DNA of 63,863 bases from Catajapyx aquilonaris. Taxonomy: Eukaryota. Under the pieces are notes generated by a model that searched no databases, was not told the DNA's origin, and was given only the letters and a program-made list of their open reading frames with translations. The stretch lies in contig JYFJ02002046.1 in assembly GCA_000934665.2 (NCBI GenBank), positions 1-63,863 on the forward strand, written 5' to 3'. Positions 52,649 to 63,863 of this stretch are shown piece after piece. Within the stretch, counting starts at the first letter, position 1, and each line of letters opens with the position of its first letter. Made by a program: the position numbers and the translations under genes.

Positions 52649-55286
52649 ATGTGGCTGGACGAGGCGGGGGAGCTCCTGTGCGGGGCCCTGCTGCCCTTCT
52701 ACCTGCTGGTGGCCCTGCCCATCCTCCTGATCATGTCCCCCGACCCGGTGGCCGGGGCGCACGAGTTCGGGGTCTTCCGGATGCAGCACTACGACCTGCA
52801 GGGGTCGGCGCACGGTATGCCATCCATACATCCATCAGGAGGGAGGGAGGGAGGGAGGGAGGGGTCACAAACTCCGGTGCCATGCACACACACGCCGTTG
52901 CCATGTGCAAGGAAGCATGGACCAATGTTCATTACAACGGGTTGCCATGGAACATTGCCAAGCACACCCCGGTTGACATGGACTGTTGCTACGGACCATG
53001 GCAATGTTTTCATGCACACCCGGTTGCCATGGACCATTACGATGCACACCCGGTTGCCATGGACTGTTGCTACGGACCATGGCAATGTTTTCATGTGCAC
53101 CCGGTTGCCATGGACTGTTGCTACGGACCATGGCAATGTTTTCATGTGCACACGGTTGCCATGAACCATTACGATGCACACCCGGTTGCCATGGACTGTT
53201 GCTACGGACCATGGCAATGTTTGCAGGTGCACCGGTTGCCATGAACCATTACGATGCACACCTGGTTGCCATGGACTGTTGCTACGGACCATGGCAAAGT
53301 TTTGATGCCCACCCGGTTGCCATGTTTCCATGAGCTTGCGATGAGTGATTTTTATATGATTTGAGTGGCGTTGGTTTGCAGGGTCGAGGAGTGCGGTGGT
53401 CAACATGGAGGCGAGGGTGCTGGAGTCCGAGTCCCACTCCCGCAAGTGTGTCGTGGCCAGGCTGCTCGACCTGACGCCGGGGAAGTTCTACCAGGTGCTC
53501 AACCAGGACGCAGGGGCGCTGGTGGTGCTGCTTCCCTCCGACGCGGCCTCCTTGGGGAAGCAGGACAGGGAGAAGGTCTGGGAGTTGGAGCAGGCCATGA
53601 TGGCCGAGGAGGTCCCGGTGCCTGTGTATTTCGCCTGGGAGACGCCTGAGCTGAGGGAGATCTACAGGGAGATTGGGAGGGCGTCCAACAGTGATGCGGC
53701 TGGGAGCGCGGCTGAAGCGTTGGTCGGGAGCGTGGCCGCCTCGGGATACCAGCTGGTGGCGCAGGGATCGCAGGCAAAGGCGGTGGCTGACTCGCAGGTG
53801 GCTAGCATACAGGGAAAGCTCGGCGGGTTCGGCGCCGAAGAACAACTACCCACGGTGGCACTGGTGGCCCACTACGACAGCTTTGCCGTTGCGCCGGTCA
53901 GTACCTGTGGCATAATCCATACAATAAATGATAACGCCGCCTTCTTTTACAGGAACTTGCGTTCGGATGGGACTCGAACGGATCCGGAGTCGCCCTGCTT
54001 CTCGAACTAGCCCGAGTCTTTTCCCGGCTATACTTCAGCCAACGTCTGCAGCCCCGTTTCAACCTAATGTTCCTCCTGTCCGGCGGCGGGAAGATCAACT
54101 ACCAGGGCTCAAAGAAGTGGCTCGAGGATCAACTGGACGGTCTTGAAGGAAGCCTCCTCCAGGTCATTACTTGCCCTCTTAGTGCCAGTTGCGCCTAGCA
54201 TGGTATATGATAAACCCGCGGTTCTTTTGGAAAGTTCATACCCCCACCCTGGCATCTGTACATATCTCTGGGTATACCCTGGAGAAATGTACAGGGATTT
54301 TCCGAAAGAACCGGGGGTTTATCATATACCGCGCTTGGTGCAACCGGGCCTTAATCAGTCGCAATGAATTAACCGGCTATGTTTACAGGATGCGACGTTT
54401 GTACTGTGCCTTGACACACTGGTTGGGAGTGATACTTCCGCTAACATGTACCTGCATGTGTCCAAACCGCCGAGGGAGGGCACACCGGGGCATCGCCTGT
54501 CCGAGGATCTTGGGTCCCTCGTGCCACTAGAGACGGTGCATAAGAAGATCAATTTGGCCGAAGAGCTGCTGGCTTGGGAGCACGAGAGGTACAGCATGCG
54601 GAGGCTACCAGCCTTCACTTTATCCGCACTTGGAGGTCCTCGGCACCAGCGTCGTCACTCGCTGCTAGACATGAACCCGACAAGCGACGCCCCGCTAAAG
54701 TCACTAGTCTCGAAAGGACGAGCACTAGCTAGAGCCTTGGTCACTCAAATGTACAACCTCAGCTTGATCACAGAAGCGTCCGAACTGCTCGGTCCGAACC
54801 TGGATGTAGAAGAGGAGGCTGTCCGTGCCTGGCTGACCTACTTGTCGGGTCAGGCCAGGTCCCCGCAGCTTCTGGCTGGGAAGGCGAACTCACTGGTTGC
54901 GACCTTGGAGAGCGCAATGCAGAGGTTCACAAAGGAGGTGAAAGTCACTTACATGCGACCTGACAAAAGGGACCCCGAGTTCATCTTTTACGATGTCACC
55001 AAGACTGTTATGAATGCATATAGGTCGGTTTAATATTTCTCCAGACGTATCCATTTGTTAACAATTCGTTCCATATTCTTTTCAGCGTGAAGCCCGCAGT
55101 TTTTGACCTGATCTTAACCGTTGCAATACTGGCATACGTGATGCTCGTTTACTTTTTCATACAGGTAAGTTATTGCTCGTATCAAGTTCATAGCGAAATG
55201 TGCATAATATTATTTTTTTTCAGAACTTCTCAGGACTCTACATTCTGTTGGTCCGACTGATGCAGGTGCACGTCAAGTCGCAGTGA
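52649..55286 (+). CDS. NCLN: Nicalin (BOS complex subunit)
   Basis: Exons approx. 52649-52814, 53382-53896, 53953-54163, 54390-55023, 55086-55164, 55224-55286. Motifs AHEFGVFRMQHYDLQG, LPTVALVAHYDSF, DSNGSGV, GKINYQGSKKWLE, YLHVSKPPREG, HKKINLAEELLAWEHERYS, DKRDPEFIFYD and VKPAVFDL plus a TM helix. Confidence 0.95.
52915..53335. repeat. CCATGG-rich compound minisatellite in nicalin intron 1
   Basis: Alternating units CACCCGGTTGCCATGGACTGTTGCTACGGACCATGGCAATGTTT and CACCCGGTTGCCATG(G/A)ACCATTACGATG. Confidence 0.9.
54182..54350. mobile_element. PIF/Harbinger-like MITE, family C (TTA TSD), in a nicalin intron
   Basis: About 50 bp imperfect TIR (CC(A/G)GTTGC..GGTATATGATAAACCC..GGTTCTTT), flanked by TTA at 54179-54181 and 54351-54353. 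Confidence 0.75.
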
Positions 55287-55955
55287 TCCAGTTTTCTCCT
55301 CGTCGACCTTTTTTTTATTAAAAAAATGCGGAGTGTTTGTTTTTACGTAAAAAAAAAAGACGTGGGCTACAAATGTGTTAAAAAGCTTTCTGATGCTTCC
55401 AAAATTGTAGCTCGGTATGACTGGAATGCCAGCGATGGAATTTTGTGTTACTTTAACGAGTGTTCAACTCGATTGCCATTATTTTTAGTTATTTTGGAAG
55501 TCAACTTCCATGTCCTGATTTTGGTGAGTTATTGTCATTTTGTGTGAGTGAAGACCTAGTTCAAATGATTACGACCTCTTTTTTTTGATCCCTGAATTAA
55601 TGGCACTGAAATGATCGTCACTTCAAGTGGTTTAATTGTCAGGCACTGTCGTACTGAGACTAATTAATCCGCAACAAGTGATGCAGTCAAGCAAGAGTAA
55701 ATACTCGATGTAGACGCTACGTCGGAACCTTTTCTGAAAGAGCGTATGGTGCTTACATACTTTTATTATACCCGTACCCAAACAAAACAATGGCTTCCAA
55801 TTTTTTTTTTTACCTTTCCTAAAACAGTTTTGTCTATTAAAAGGCCAGAGTTTTTGTTGTTCGTTATCTGCCTTTTTTTTTTCCGGATGAAATAAAACGA
55901 GAGCAGTGAATTTCTTGCAGTTTGTTTGTTCCGTCGACTCAGTTGGACTTTCTGC

Positions 55956-56420
55956 CTATCGGCTGTTGGTTATTGTTTCGCTCTCTTGGTTGCGGAGACG
56001 TCTGTTGCAATTCTCGACCATTTGGGGCAGAGACGAACTCTGGAAGAATTTCGCTGCGAAGGCAACCGGGTTGGCCGGCTTAAGAGTCATCACTTTGCTG
56101 CAAATGTATTTCGTTACGACTAGTTATTGCGTTATATTCAAGTGTACGTACTGAAGCAAAATGTTGATCATCATTCCCAGTTCGGGATGCTCCTGAAGGT
56201 AGATCTCGTTGTTTTGACGGATCAGCGACTGAAATTTTCATATTGTCACGACTAATGTGCCACAACTTATTATGCGGATTACCTCGTATATTGGAAGTCG
56301 TCGCATAGACTTTTCATTGAGAGCCGTGTCGTCATAGCCGGTCATTCCATGTGGAGCGATCCAATTTCGGTTTTCAAATTCGCCCTTCAGAGCCAGATAA
56401 ACTTCATCATCAGCCGCCAT
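55956..56420 (-). CDS. RIIAD1: RIIa-domain-containing protein 1-like (118 aa)
   Basis: Exons 56420-56283, 56228-56152, 56097-55956 with canonical GT-AG sites. Product ...YDDTALNEKSMRRLPIYESLIRQNNEIYLQEHPELGMMINILLHKVMTLKPANPVAFAAKFFQSSSLP... follows the RIIAD1 pattern (D.GAL...RIANEKYLRTH.E...LI..F.REIFLKRPDNILEFAADYF). Confidence 0.8.
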
Positions 56421-56455
56421 CTCTGGATCTTCGCTGTTCACTAGAATTCACTGCG

Positions 56456-56468
56456 GTTACCCAGAAAC
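56456..56468 (-). promoter_or_regulatory. X-box (RFX site) upstream of the RIIAD1-like gene
   Basis: Minus-strand GTTTCTGGGTAAC fits GYTNYY-N1-RRNRAC and lies 35 nt upstream of the ATG. Confidence 0.5.
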
Positions 56469-56497
56469 TCGTAACAATTAATAACAATTCAGCCAAT

Positions 56498-57026
56498 TTA
56501 TTCGACCCATTTCTCCCATTGTACAGCTGATGATCGTAGGGGCGGCTTCTCGCTCGTGTAATACGGATCAACCAAGTAGATCTTCACCGCTTCGGTCCAC
56601 TCGGCCGGATAGTGCTCGTGAAAATGGTTCAGAATTTTGTCAATCTTCTCGTAGTGCTTCTGGTTGCATTCGTCGCAGCTTCGTCCCAACGTGATGAAAT
56701 AGTGTGAATGTTCTGTGAATTAAAAATTGTGAATAACATTTTGCTGTCGTTGCAGGATACCAGTTGCGCAAACACCATGGGAAATGATCTACGCTGATAG
56801 CAGACACGAGCTTTTACGCAATCCCAGGAAAATACATACCTTTAAGCCAAACACCAAGCGGATCGCAAGGCCCTCGGTTGATGATGCAGCGAATCTGATG
56901 CTCCACGGCTCTTCTGTCCTGCAAATACTCGTCTACGTCTATCTCATCCACATCGTCCAGACTCAAAATCGCACCAGACATAACCGGAGCACATAATGCA
57001 ATGAGTAAAATTATTGCGGCTTGCAT
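56498..57026 (-). CDS. Chemosensory protein (CSP/OS-D family), copy A
   Basis: Exons 57026-56840 and 56712-56498. Signal peptide, DEIDVDEYLQDRRAV, CIINRGPCDPLG (C-X6-C), phase-1 intron, CDEC (C-X2-C) and HYPAEW; TATA-like CATATAAA near 57063. Confidence 0.88.
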
Positions 57027-57346
57027 CTTGTGAAGTGACGAGTAAATGAGACGCTCGTTGTGTTTATATGGGGGTCAAACCATAACCTTGGTGGTCTAAA
57101 GTTGGTGAGAGTAAGTAGATAATAGCGACTTTTTAGCTAAATAATTGCGGCCTGAGTTTACACAAAAATGGATGAGGAACAAGGAACTGCCTTGATTTAT
57201 TTATACAGTTCAAAGAGTTTAGCCGCAATCCTGTAGAAAATGGTGTGAAAGTTAACAACTCCTTTTTTTAAGCAGCAGAATTTATTTTTAACATTGCTCT
57301 CGGTACATGAGGCGGTAAATACTTTTCTAATCAGGCCGTAATGTAT

Positions 57347-57816
57347 CTAAGCTTTGTCCTGAATTATTTTCCATTCGTCCGGATAGTTTTGCTCCAGATG
57401 TTCAACGATTTTGTCCACCTTTGCGTAGTGAGTGTGGTCGCATTGCGGACACTCCTTGTGCGTGAAGACCCTTATGTTATCTGCGGAAAAATGCATGTTA
57501 GTTTGGAGCAAATTTATTGTTAGACTCTGCTTGCTTACCCTTAAGCCATCGTCCGAGTGGATCGCATGGTCCGTCGTATGCGAGACATTGAATCTGGAGG
57601 TCCACTGCTCTCTTGTTCTGCAGGTACGCATCGACGTTTATCTTTTCGACATCTTCAAACTTCAGCTGTCTTTTCTGACGGAGACCTATAAGTACAACAC
57701 ATTGTGAATATCTAACAGTACATTATACGTTGCAGATTCTACTCACCGTTTGGAGCCGCACTGCAGCATGCCACAAGCACGGCCAACACAAGAGCCAACT
57801 TCATATTAGGAACCAT
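57347..57816 (-). CDS. Chemosensory protein (CSP/OS-D family), copy B
   Basis: Three exons (57816-57747, ~57685-57539, ~57480-57347). Product MVPNMKLALVLAVLVACCSAAPNGLRQKR-QLKFEDVEKINVDAYLQNKRAVDLQIQCLAYDGPCDPLGRWLK-DNIRVFTHKECPQC...NYPDEW. Confidence 0.88.
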
Positions 57817-59014
57817 CGTCCGCCGTATGATGTGCTGATAAGACAAACACAAGAGATATGATCTTAACACACTTGCAGCTTGTCTTATATGTACACAGAA
57901 AGGTCCGCAGTCGCGTGCTTGGTTCCTCCTTAGATGAGAAATGAGGCTGACTTTACTCTTTTAATTACAAAGCATGCGTTAATAATTTTTTTTTGTTTTC
58001 TCGCACCCTTTTGTGCAGCACGGAAGTGTTGACTTCCCATGGTAAGACATATTGGACATAATAATTGGGGTAGGTTCTGTTACGTGAAGGATGATTGTGG
58101 ACAATCACGGTAATAAATTTGATGACATGTACAGTGTGTAATAAATGCTGAAAAAATGTGTACAAGTCCCATGTTGTACGGTATGGCAAGTGTCACATTA
58201 AAGTTAGGTGAATATTGTATGAGGTCAATCAGATTATAGATAAAAATAATGTAATTGTTGTACTAATGTCAATATGCTTATGAACTTCATGATAGCTCAA
58301 ACAATATTATGAGTGAACAATATGCAAAATGTTCACATGACAATACGTTCAACTTCAGTTTAATTAATTAATTACCTGCATATTGTAAGTTCTGACTGAA
58401 CCTAACATATGTGACTAATATAATTCAACATCTAAGCTTATTTATAAAACCGTGCGAATTCTCAGAAAAAGTTTTTTTGCTTGTCTGTATGTGATGCATG
58501 ATATTTTGCGCAAACTTTTAAACTTCATGAGCCAAGGACGTATGATGCACTGGAGGTTTATTAGAGGTGTAATTATATACTTTTTCTACTGACGAAATCT
58601 TGAGAAAAATTCGTAATGTTAAAGAGTGACGCAACAGTAAAGTCAGAATCCAAGTTGCCCTTTCTGACCGTGAAGAGAAAACGGAAGGAAGGCTCATTTC
58701 ACATTGCGTGTCTTTTATGTACTGTACTGTACGAAAAGAAATGAAAAGAAAAATACTCTGCCATATAAGTTACGTGTTGCACAACATGGGAGAAAGAGTC
58801 GGCTCTAACATTTATAGGATTTTTTAAAAGAATAATTTATGAAGAGGAACATTATTTGGTTAGATTGTATGAAAATCACTATCCTAGTTTTAGTATTGAA
58901 TGTGACGAAAAAATTATTGTCATGTACTAAAACAATAAGTAAAATTTATTGTCAAAGATAAATGCACCGGACAGATTTTGTAATGCAGTTAATTATATTC
59001 ATCTGGCAAGCCCA

Positions 59015-59530
59015 TCAATCGGGAAATTCTGTCCATCCATCGGAAAAGGCCGTCTATCATCTGGAAAGTCCGTCCATCATCGGGAAAGTCCGTTCACTAT
59101 CGGGAAAGTCCGTGCATCATCGGGGAAGTCCGTCCACCATCTGGAAAGTTCGTCCACCACCGGGAAAGTCCGTGCATCATCGGGAAAGTCCGTCCACCAT
59201 CGGGAAAGTCTGTCCACCATCGGGAAAGTTCGTCCACCACTGGGAAAGTCTGTCCATCATCGTGAAAGTCTGTCCACCATCGGGAAAGTCTGTCCATCCA
59301 TCGGGAAAGTTCATCCACCACTGGGAAAGTCCGTGCATCATCGGGAAAGTCCGTGAATAATCGGGAAAGTCTGTCCATCATCGTGAAAGTCTGTCCATCC
59401 ATCGGGGAAGTCCGTCCATCTATCGGGAAAGACCGTCCATCATCGGGTAAGTCCGTCAATCATCGGGAAAGTCCGTCCATCCATTTGAAGTTTGTCCATC
59501 ATCTGGAAAGTTCGTCCATCGGGCAAGTCC
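59015..59530. repeat. ~21 bp minisatellite between the divergent CSP pairs
   Basis: More than 20 tandem copies of CATCGGGAAAGTC(C/T)GTCCA(C/T). Confidence 0.93.
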
Positions 59531-59920
59531 ACCCAGCCCTGAGAGTTCCGCGTTACGTGAACAATAATTGAAAGATGATTATAACAGCACTTAACAATTT
59601 CCTCGACGCTAGTTCACATGATTTACAATGTTTAGCCCGTAATTTACATAGTGTACCTCAATATTAACCGCCGTTTAAACTCTTCTGACGTAAAGTTTGA
59701 TATCTAAGTTACATATCTTAATGACACGTCACAAATCCCCGCCCTAATAAGGCATGGAAACAGTTTAAGTAGCATTTAAGAAGCACGCCCTCTGTGCACG
59801 GAGGTTTAATTAGGATTTTTATCGTACATTGAACGTGTATATAAACTCCAATTGCTGTCGGTTTGTTTCATTTCCTGAGCTGAATCCACCAGTGTGTGAA
59901 TCTTTTTTTCTTAAAAAAAA

Positions 59921-60381
59921 ATGGGAGCCATTGGACGTTTCCTGATTTTGACACTTCTGGTGGCTATCACTGTGTCTCATCCTTTGGATTCATTCGTTTC
60001 ATTTCGGTCCAAACGTGAACTGAGCTTTGCTGATGCTGCAGGTATAGACGAGATGAAGTACATGCAGAACAAAAGAGCCGTGGAGTTCCAGATAAAATGT
60101 GTGGTGTACGACGGACCATGCGATCCTCTAGGAAAGCTAATCAAAAGTGAGTGTTTTCTGTTCAAGACCAAGTGAAAATATGTGCAAAAAAATATTATTT
60201 AATTTTTGTGATATTTTTAGGGCACATGAAGGAAGTTCTGGAAGGTGTTTGTCCTCCTGATGCTGACGAGTGGTGCACTGAAGACAACATTGCTCGGTTG
60301 ACCAGGGTGAAAGATTTTCTGGATAGTAACTATCCTGAAGCCATGAAGGATGCCAGGAAGAAGTATCTTGGAAAGGAGTAA
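59921..60381 (+). CDS. Atypical chemosensory protein (CSP-like), copy C
   Basis: Exons 59921-60146 and 60221-60381. Signal peptide, RSKR, CVVYDGPCDPLG, phase-1 intron, CPPDADEWC and NYPEA; TATATAAA at ~59838. Confidence 0.88.
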
Positions 60382-60894
60382 CTTCATATATATATAGAAA
60401 GTGCTTCATAATTTTTTCTGCACACTCTTTTATAGTAACATAAGTGGACTTTGGTCGATATTGTTGATAGTGTATACCAATTTTGTGGGATATTAGAAAA
60501 ATAAAAGGTTGAGCATTGAGACTGCTTTGTTTTCAGTGAAATTTGACATTATTTTTTGTGGAACATTGTACAGAGGAACCAACTGTAATATTTTGAAAAC
60601 TGCTTTTCTGATTTGATCTAAAAAAAAATTGCAATTTTTCAACAATTTTCCATCCAGCAGGACATTGCAAATATATTTCAGATATTACAATATACAGATT
60701 GGTGACTCCATAGTTAGGGCGACATTCATTTCTGAATCATAGATATTTAATATCAAAATTAATATCTGTGATGCTTATCTTTGAAATGAAAAAAAATGTA
60801 GCCTAAACTGTCCAAGCAGTTGTTATTCTTCATTGTGGTAATAATTAGGTAATTAGGCCTGCTACTATTGCAAACAATTTTCAGAGTTTAACTT

Positions 60895-61115
60895 CACGAC
60901 GCGCTAAAATGGTTCAGTCAAAATGACAAGTAAGGTGAAGCTGTTTTTTTTCTATACCTTCACCTTGCAAGAGTGCTGATGGTCGACTTTTTATCCAAAT
61001 AACAGAGAGAAAATGGCAATTTCTGCTAGTTGGACCATCAGCACTTTTATAAGGGGAGAGAAAAAAATATCTTCACCTTAATGTCATTTGGCTGAAACAT
61101 TTTTTAGCTTGTCAT
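60895..61115. mobile_element. Degenerate MITE with long inverted repeats between CSP C and D
   Basis: GCTAAAATGGTTCAGTCAAAATGACA..TAAGGTGAAG..GAGTGCTGATGGTCGACT pairs with AGTTGGACCATCAGCACT..CTTCACCTTAATGTCATTTGGCTGAAACATTTTTAGC. Confidence 0.6.
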
Positions 61116-61555
61116 TAAGACGTGATTTTTTTTTCAAAGAGTACATTAGGTAAAAATGAAAAATAAATATTTCGGAACAACATATGTTGGTTTTAGCCTA
61201 TATTAAAACTCACCTGTCGAACCACTTTCACCAACTACGCACAAACAAATGGCCCCATTTTGTACCAAAAAAATGTGAGTACTTTTCCCACGAGCTATTT
61301 GCATAGTAATAAGTATATAGTACACAAACATCTCATTTGACGTCAATAATATGTAAATCCGCTTCTTTTTTTCCCCCCTTTCCAAATTGCAGAAAGACCT
61401 ATGCGTGTTGAAAATATTATGTCGTGAGTATATCTCATTGCATATGCATATTTTGGGGGTATAAATTTGCGCAGTTTCGACTTCAAATCCTCAGAACCAA
61501 CCAAGGAGTACATCTTGTTTGTATATACCGTTACTGATATACACACACTAAAAAA

Positions 61556-61999
61556 ATGTCGAAGGCAATTCTGGTGTTGGCTTTATTAGTGATGGTGACT
61601 CTGGCTGTGTCTCATCCATTGGATTCATTCGTGTCCTTTCGAGCCAAACGTGAATTGAGTTTTGCTGATGCTGCTGGTATAGACGAGATGAAGTACATGC
61701 AGAACAAGAGAGCTGTCGAATTCCAGATTCAGTGTGTGGTGTACGATGGACCATGCGATCCTCTGGGAAAGCTGATCAAAAGTGAGTAAAATTGGTGTGA
61801 CATTTTGACAATATCTGTATCTTCTAATTTGCTTTCAGAGCACATAAAAGAAGCACTGGAAGGTGTGTGTCCTCCTGACGCTGACGAGTGGTGCACTGAA
61901 GACAACATTGCTCGGTTGACCAGAGTCAAAGATTTTCTACAGCAGAACTATCCACAGGCTGTCAAGGATGCCAGGATCAAGTATCTTGGACACGAATAA
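61556..61999 (+). CDS. Atypical chemosensory protein (CSP-like), copy D (tandem paralog of C)
   Basis: Exons 61556-61781 and 61839-61999. The mature protein is nearly identical to copy C (RAKR, CVVYDGPC, CPPDADEWC); TATAAAT at ~61460. Confidence 0.88.
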
Positions 62000-62289
62000 G
62001 TATAGTGGAAAAAAGGGGGGTATGCCAATGTGATACCCAGAATTTAATACTCCAGTCATAAATCTGAGATAAAAAAAATGTATTAAAGTGAGGTTGACGT
62101 TGTGCATGTATAACTAATGTCTGAGAAATGTGTCAATAAAGGCAGCAAAATGTGACGTGGGCTGTTTTTCATTGTACCGGTATATTAAATATAAAAAAGA
62201 AAAATTAATTTTTACCTGCAAATGTTGCATAGGTAATTTTTTTTGAGCAACAGCTATATAATAGTGAGTTTCTTTAAAGGGACTTCTGA

Positions 62290-62645
62290 TAGTGAGTAAT
62301 AGTGAGACCACTAATAGTGACTAATAGTGAGTCTACTAACTGACTATTAGTGAGTCTACTAACTGATTAATAGTGAGTCTACTAACTGACTAATAGTGAC
62401 TAATAGTGAGTCTACTGACTAAGAGTGAGTCTACTGACTAACTGTAAGAGTGAGTCTACTGACTAACTGTAAGAGTGAGTCTACTGACTAACTGTAAGAG
62501 TGAGTCTAGTGACTAACTGTAAGAGTGAGTCTACTGACTAAGAGTGAGTCTACTGACTAAGAGTGAGTCTACTGACTAAGAGTGAGTCTACTGACTAATA
62601 GTGAGAATATACATACTAACTTGACTATTAGTGGCTAATAGTGGG
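62290..62645. repeat. Minisatellite of GAGTGAGTCTACTGACTAA-type units
   Basis: Tandem 19-26 bp variants. Confidence 0.9.
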
Positions 62646-62654
62646 AATATACAT

Positions 62655-63120
62655 GGGTCATTCCATGTCAATTCACCGAGCCCCCTGACCCTTGGGTTGT
62701 CAGATTTTGACGAAAATCGGCGAATCGCTTTAATTACGTCTTTCAAAAATACCATTTGCGCGGATTTGAGATTTACCCCCCCTCCCCGGAGATAGGCCCA
62801 CCGAAAAAAACGCCATTTTCGGAAGGTAGGGTTTCAGAAATCGGTCATATCTCGTGAACCAATTGAGCTACAGACGTCGTAGACCGCTCCCTTTGAAGAG
62901 ATTCGAGAGCCCAATCTCACTAAGGATTGAAAATTCGTATTGTGACTTTTTTGAAAAAAATTTCCCATTTTCAAAATTTCAATTTTTAAAAAAAAAAATC
63001 CGCCTAATTTAAAAATCCGATTTTTAAATATGTTGTAACTCAGACCCTTTCCCTGACATAGAAAAAAAATCTCAGGAGGAGTTTTTTGATTTAAGGAAAA
63101 TAATTGCATTTGAAGGAACG
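62655..63120. mobile_element. Possible left end of a DNA transposon or interspersed repeat
   Basis: Abrupt start GGGTCATTCCATGTCAATTCAC followed by repeat-like sequence (CATATCTCGTGAACC, CGCCATTTTC, A/T runs). No partner TIR or transposase is seen in the window. Confidence 0.3.
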
Positions 63121-63863
63121 CATGTGCGCCTTGAAAGTACGCAATGGGGCCAAATATAGGCCCTAATCAGTCCCAGAATGATCCATGAACAGAGTTATCT
63201 AAATAGACACTGTCTAATACTCTAATGGGATGACTAACAGTGCTGAAGATAAAATGCGTGGCATTCATGGCAAAAAATGCTCATTTTATAATTTTGGCGC
63301 AATGATTACAAAAAATGTTAATAAATTGCCATTTTTATATTAATTTCCGTTACTATGGGACATGGGTGTGCTGGATGTCGGTTTTCTCTGGCTGAGTCCC
63401 TTCGCCTTTGCCTTGAAACAAAGAAAAACCAAAATATGCATTCACAATTACCTTTACAGCTGCCTAAAAAGGAAATAAGAATGGTAGTTGGCAAATGGTC
63501 TCGACAGAGACGTAGTGTGGAGTGGCCAGATGAACACGGAGAGTTGCAAGGGGGGAGGCTCCACCCGGACCCTGATTAGTCATATTTAAAATTCTCAGCA
63601 GGGTGACAAGACCAATATAGGCAGAGGGAGTGGGTAGATGGGAGAAGGAGGAGAAGCAGGGGCACAGCAGAGGTTACGAATCCGTTGCCTCCTTGCGGAA
63701 AAGACTCCTTGGGAGAAAAACGGTCGCATGCGCTCGATTCGTTCCGACATTATCTCTGGTGGGCACCGTTATCGTTGCCAAAGCACCGTGGTCGCGCGAA
63801 CTGGGCTCACTTCGCGAGGGAATAAACAGGCCTTGATGGGGAAAGTCAGCAAAAGGTTCGAGA

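Noticed and set aside
52505..53445. Long overlapping ORFs through nicalin intron 1
   Set aside because: They are open only because the minisatellite lacks stop codons; nicalin homology resumes after the GT-AG intron 52815-53381.
56238..56441. Extra C-terminal exon of CSP-A
   Set aside because: The available donor and acceptor phases hit TGA immediately; the segment is better explained as exon 1 of the RIIAD1-like gene.
58949..59571. 21 bp tandem array read as a CRISPR array or as repetitive ORFs
   Set aside because: The units are head-to-tail with no unique spacers, there are no cas genes and the context is eukaryotic; the ORFs are by-products of the repeat.

Overview
This is eukaryotic genomic DNA, very probably from a pancrustacean arthropod: it carries a stand-alone PHM gene, CSP/OS-D chemosensory genes and an l(2)efl-type small HSP. 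It is gene-dense, with many 50-70 nt GT-AG introns. I reconstructed 17 spliced genes by hand. In order: a peroxiredoxin-like gene whose peroxidatic Cys is replaced by Ser, SNX22/24, an SLC37/GlpT-type MFS transporter, PARP16, PHM, COPS2 (-), CERT, a small HSP, HMGCR, METTL25B (-), GON4L, nicalin, an RIIAD1-like gene (-) that the ORF track only partly captures, and four CSP genes. Introns and spacers hold two tRNA-derived SINEs, Harbinger-like MITEs, Helitron-like ends and several minisatellites. The most notable observations are: (1) SNX24 and the SLC37-like gene appear joined by an intercistronic intron, giving a candidate dicistronic or operon transcript; (2) the intact pseudo-peroxiredoxin; (3) a candidate alternative HMGCR last exon that would delete the AMPK phosphosite; (4) CSPs with a furin propeptide and a non-canonical C-X7-C motif; (5) most housekeeping genes here map to the human 1q/5q/15q/19p paralogon, including the CERT-HMGCR neighbour pair. 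All gene models come from manual reading, with no expression data or database searches.
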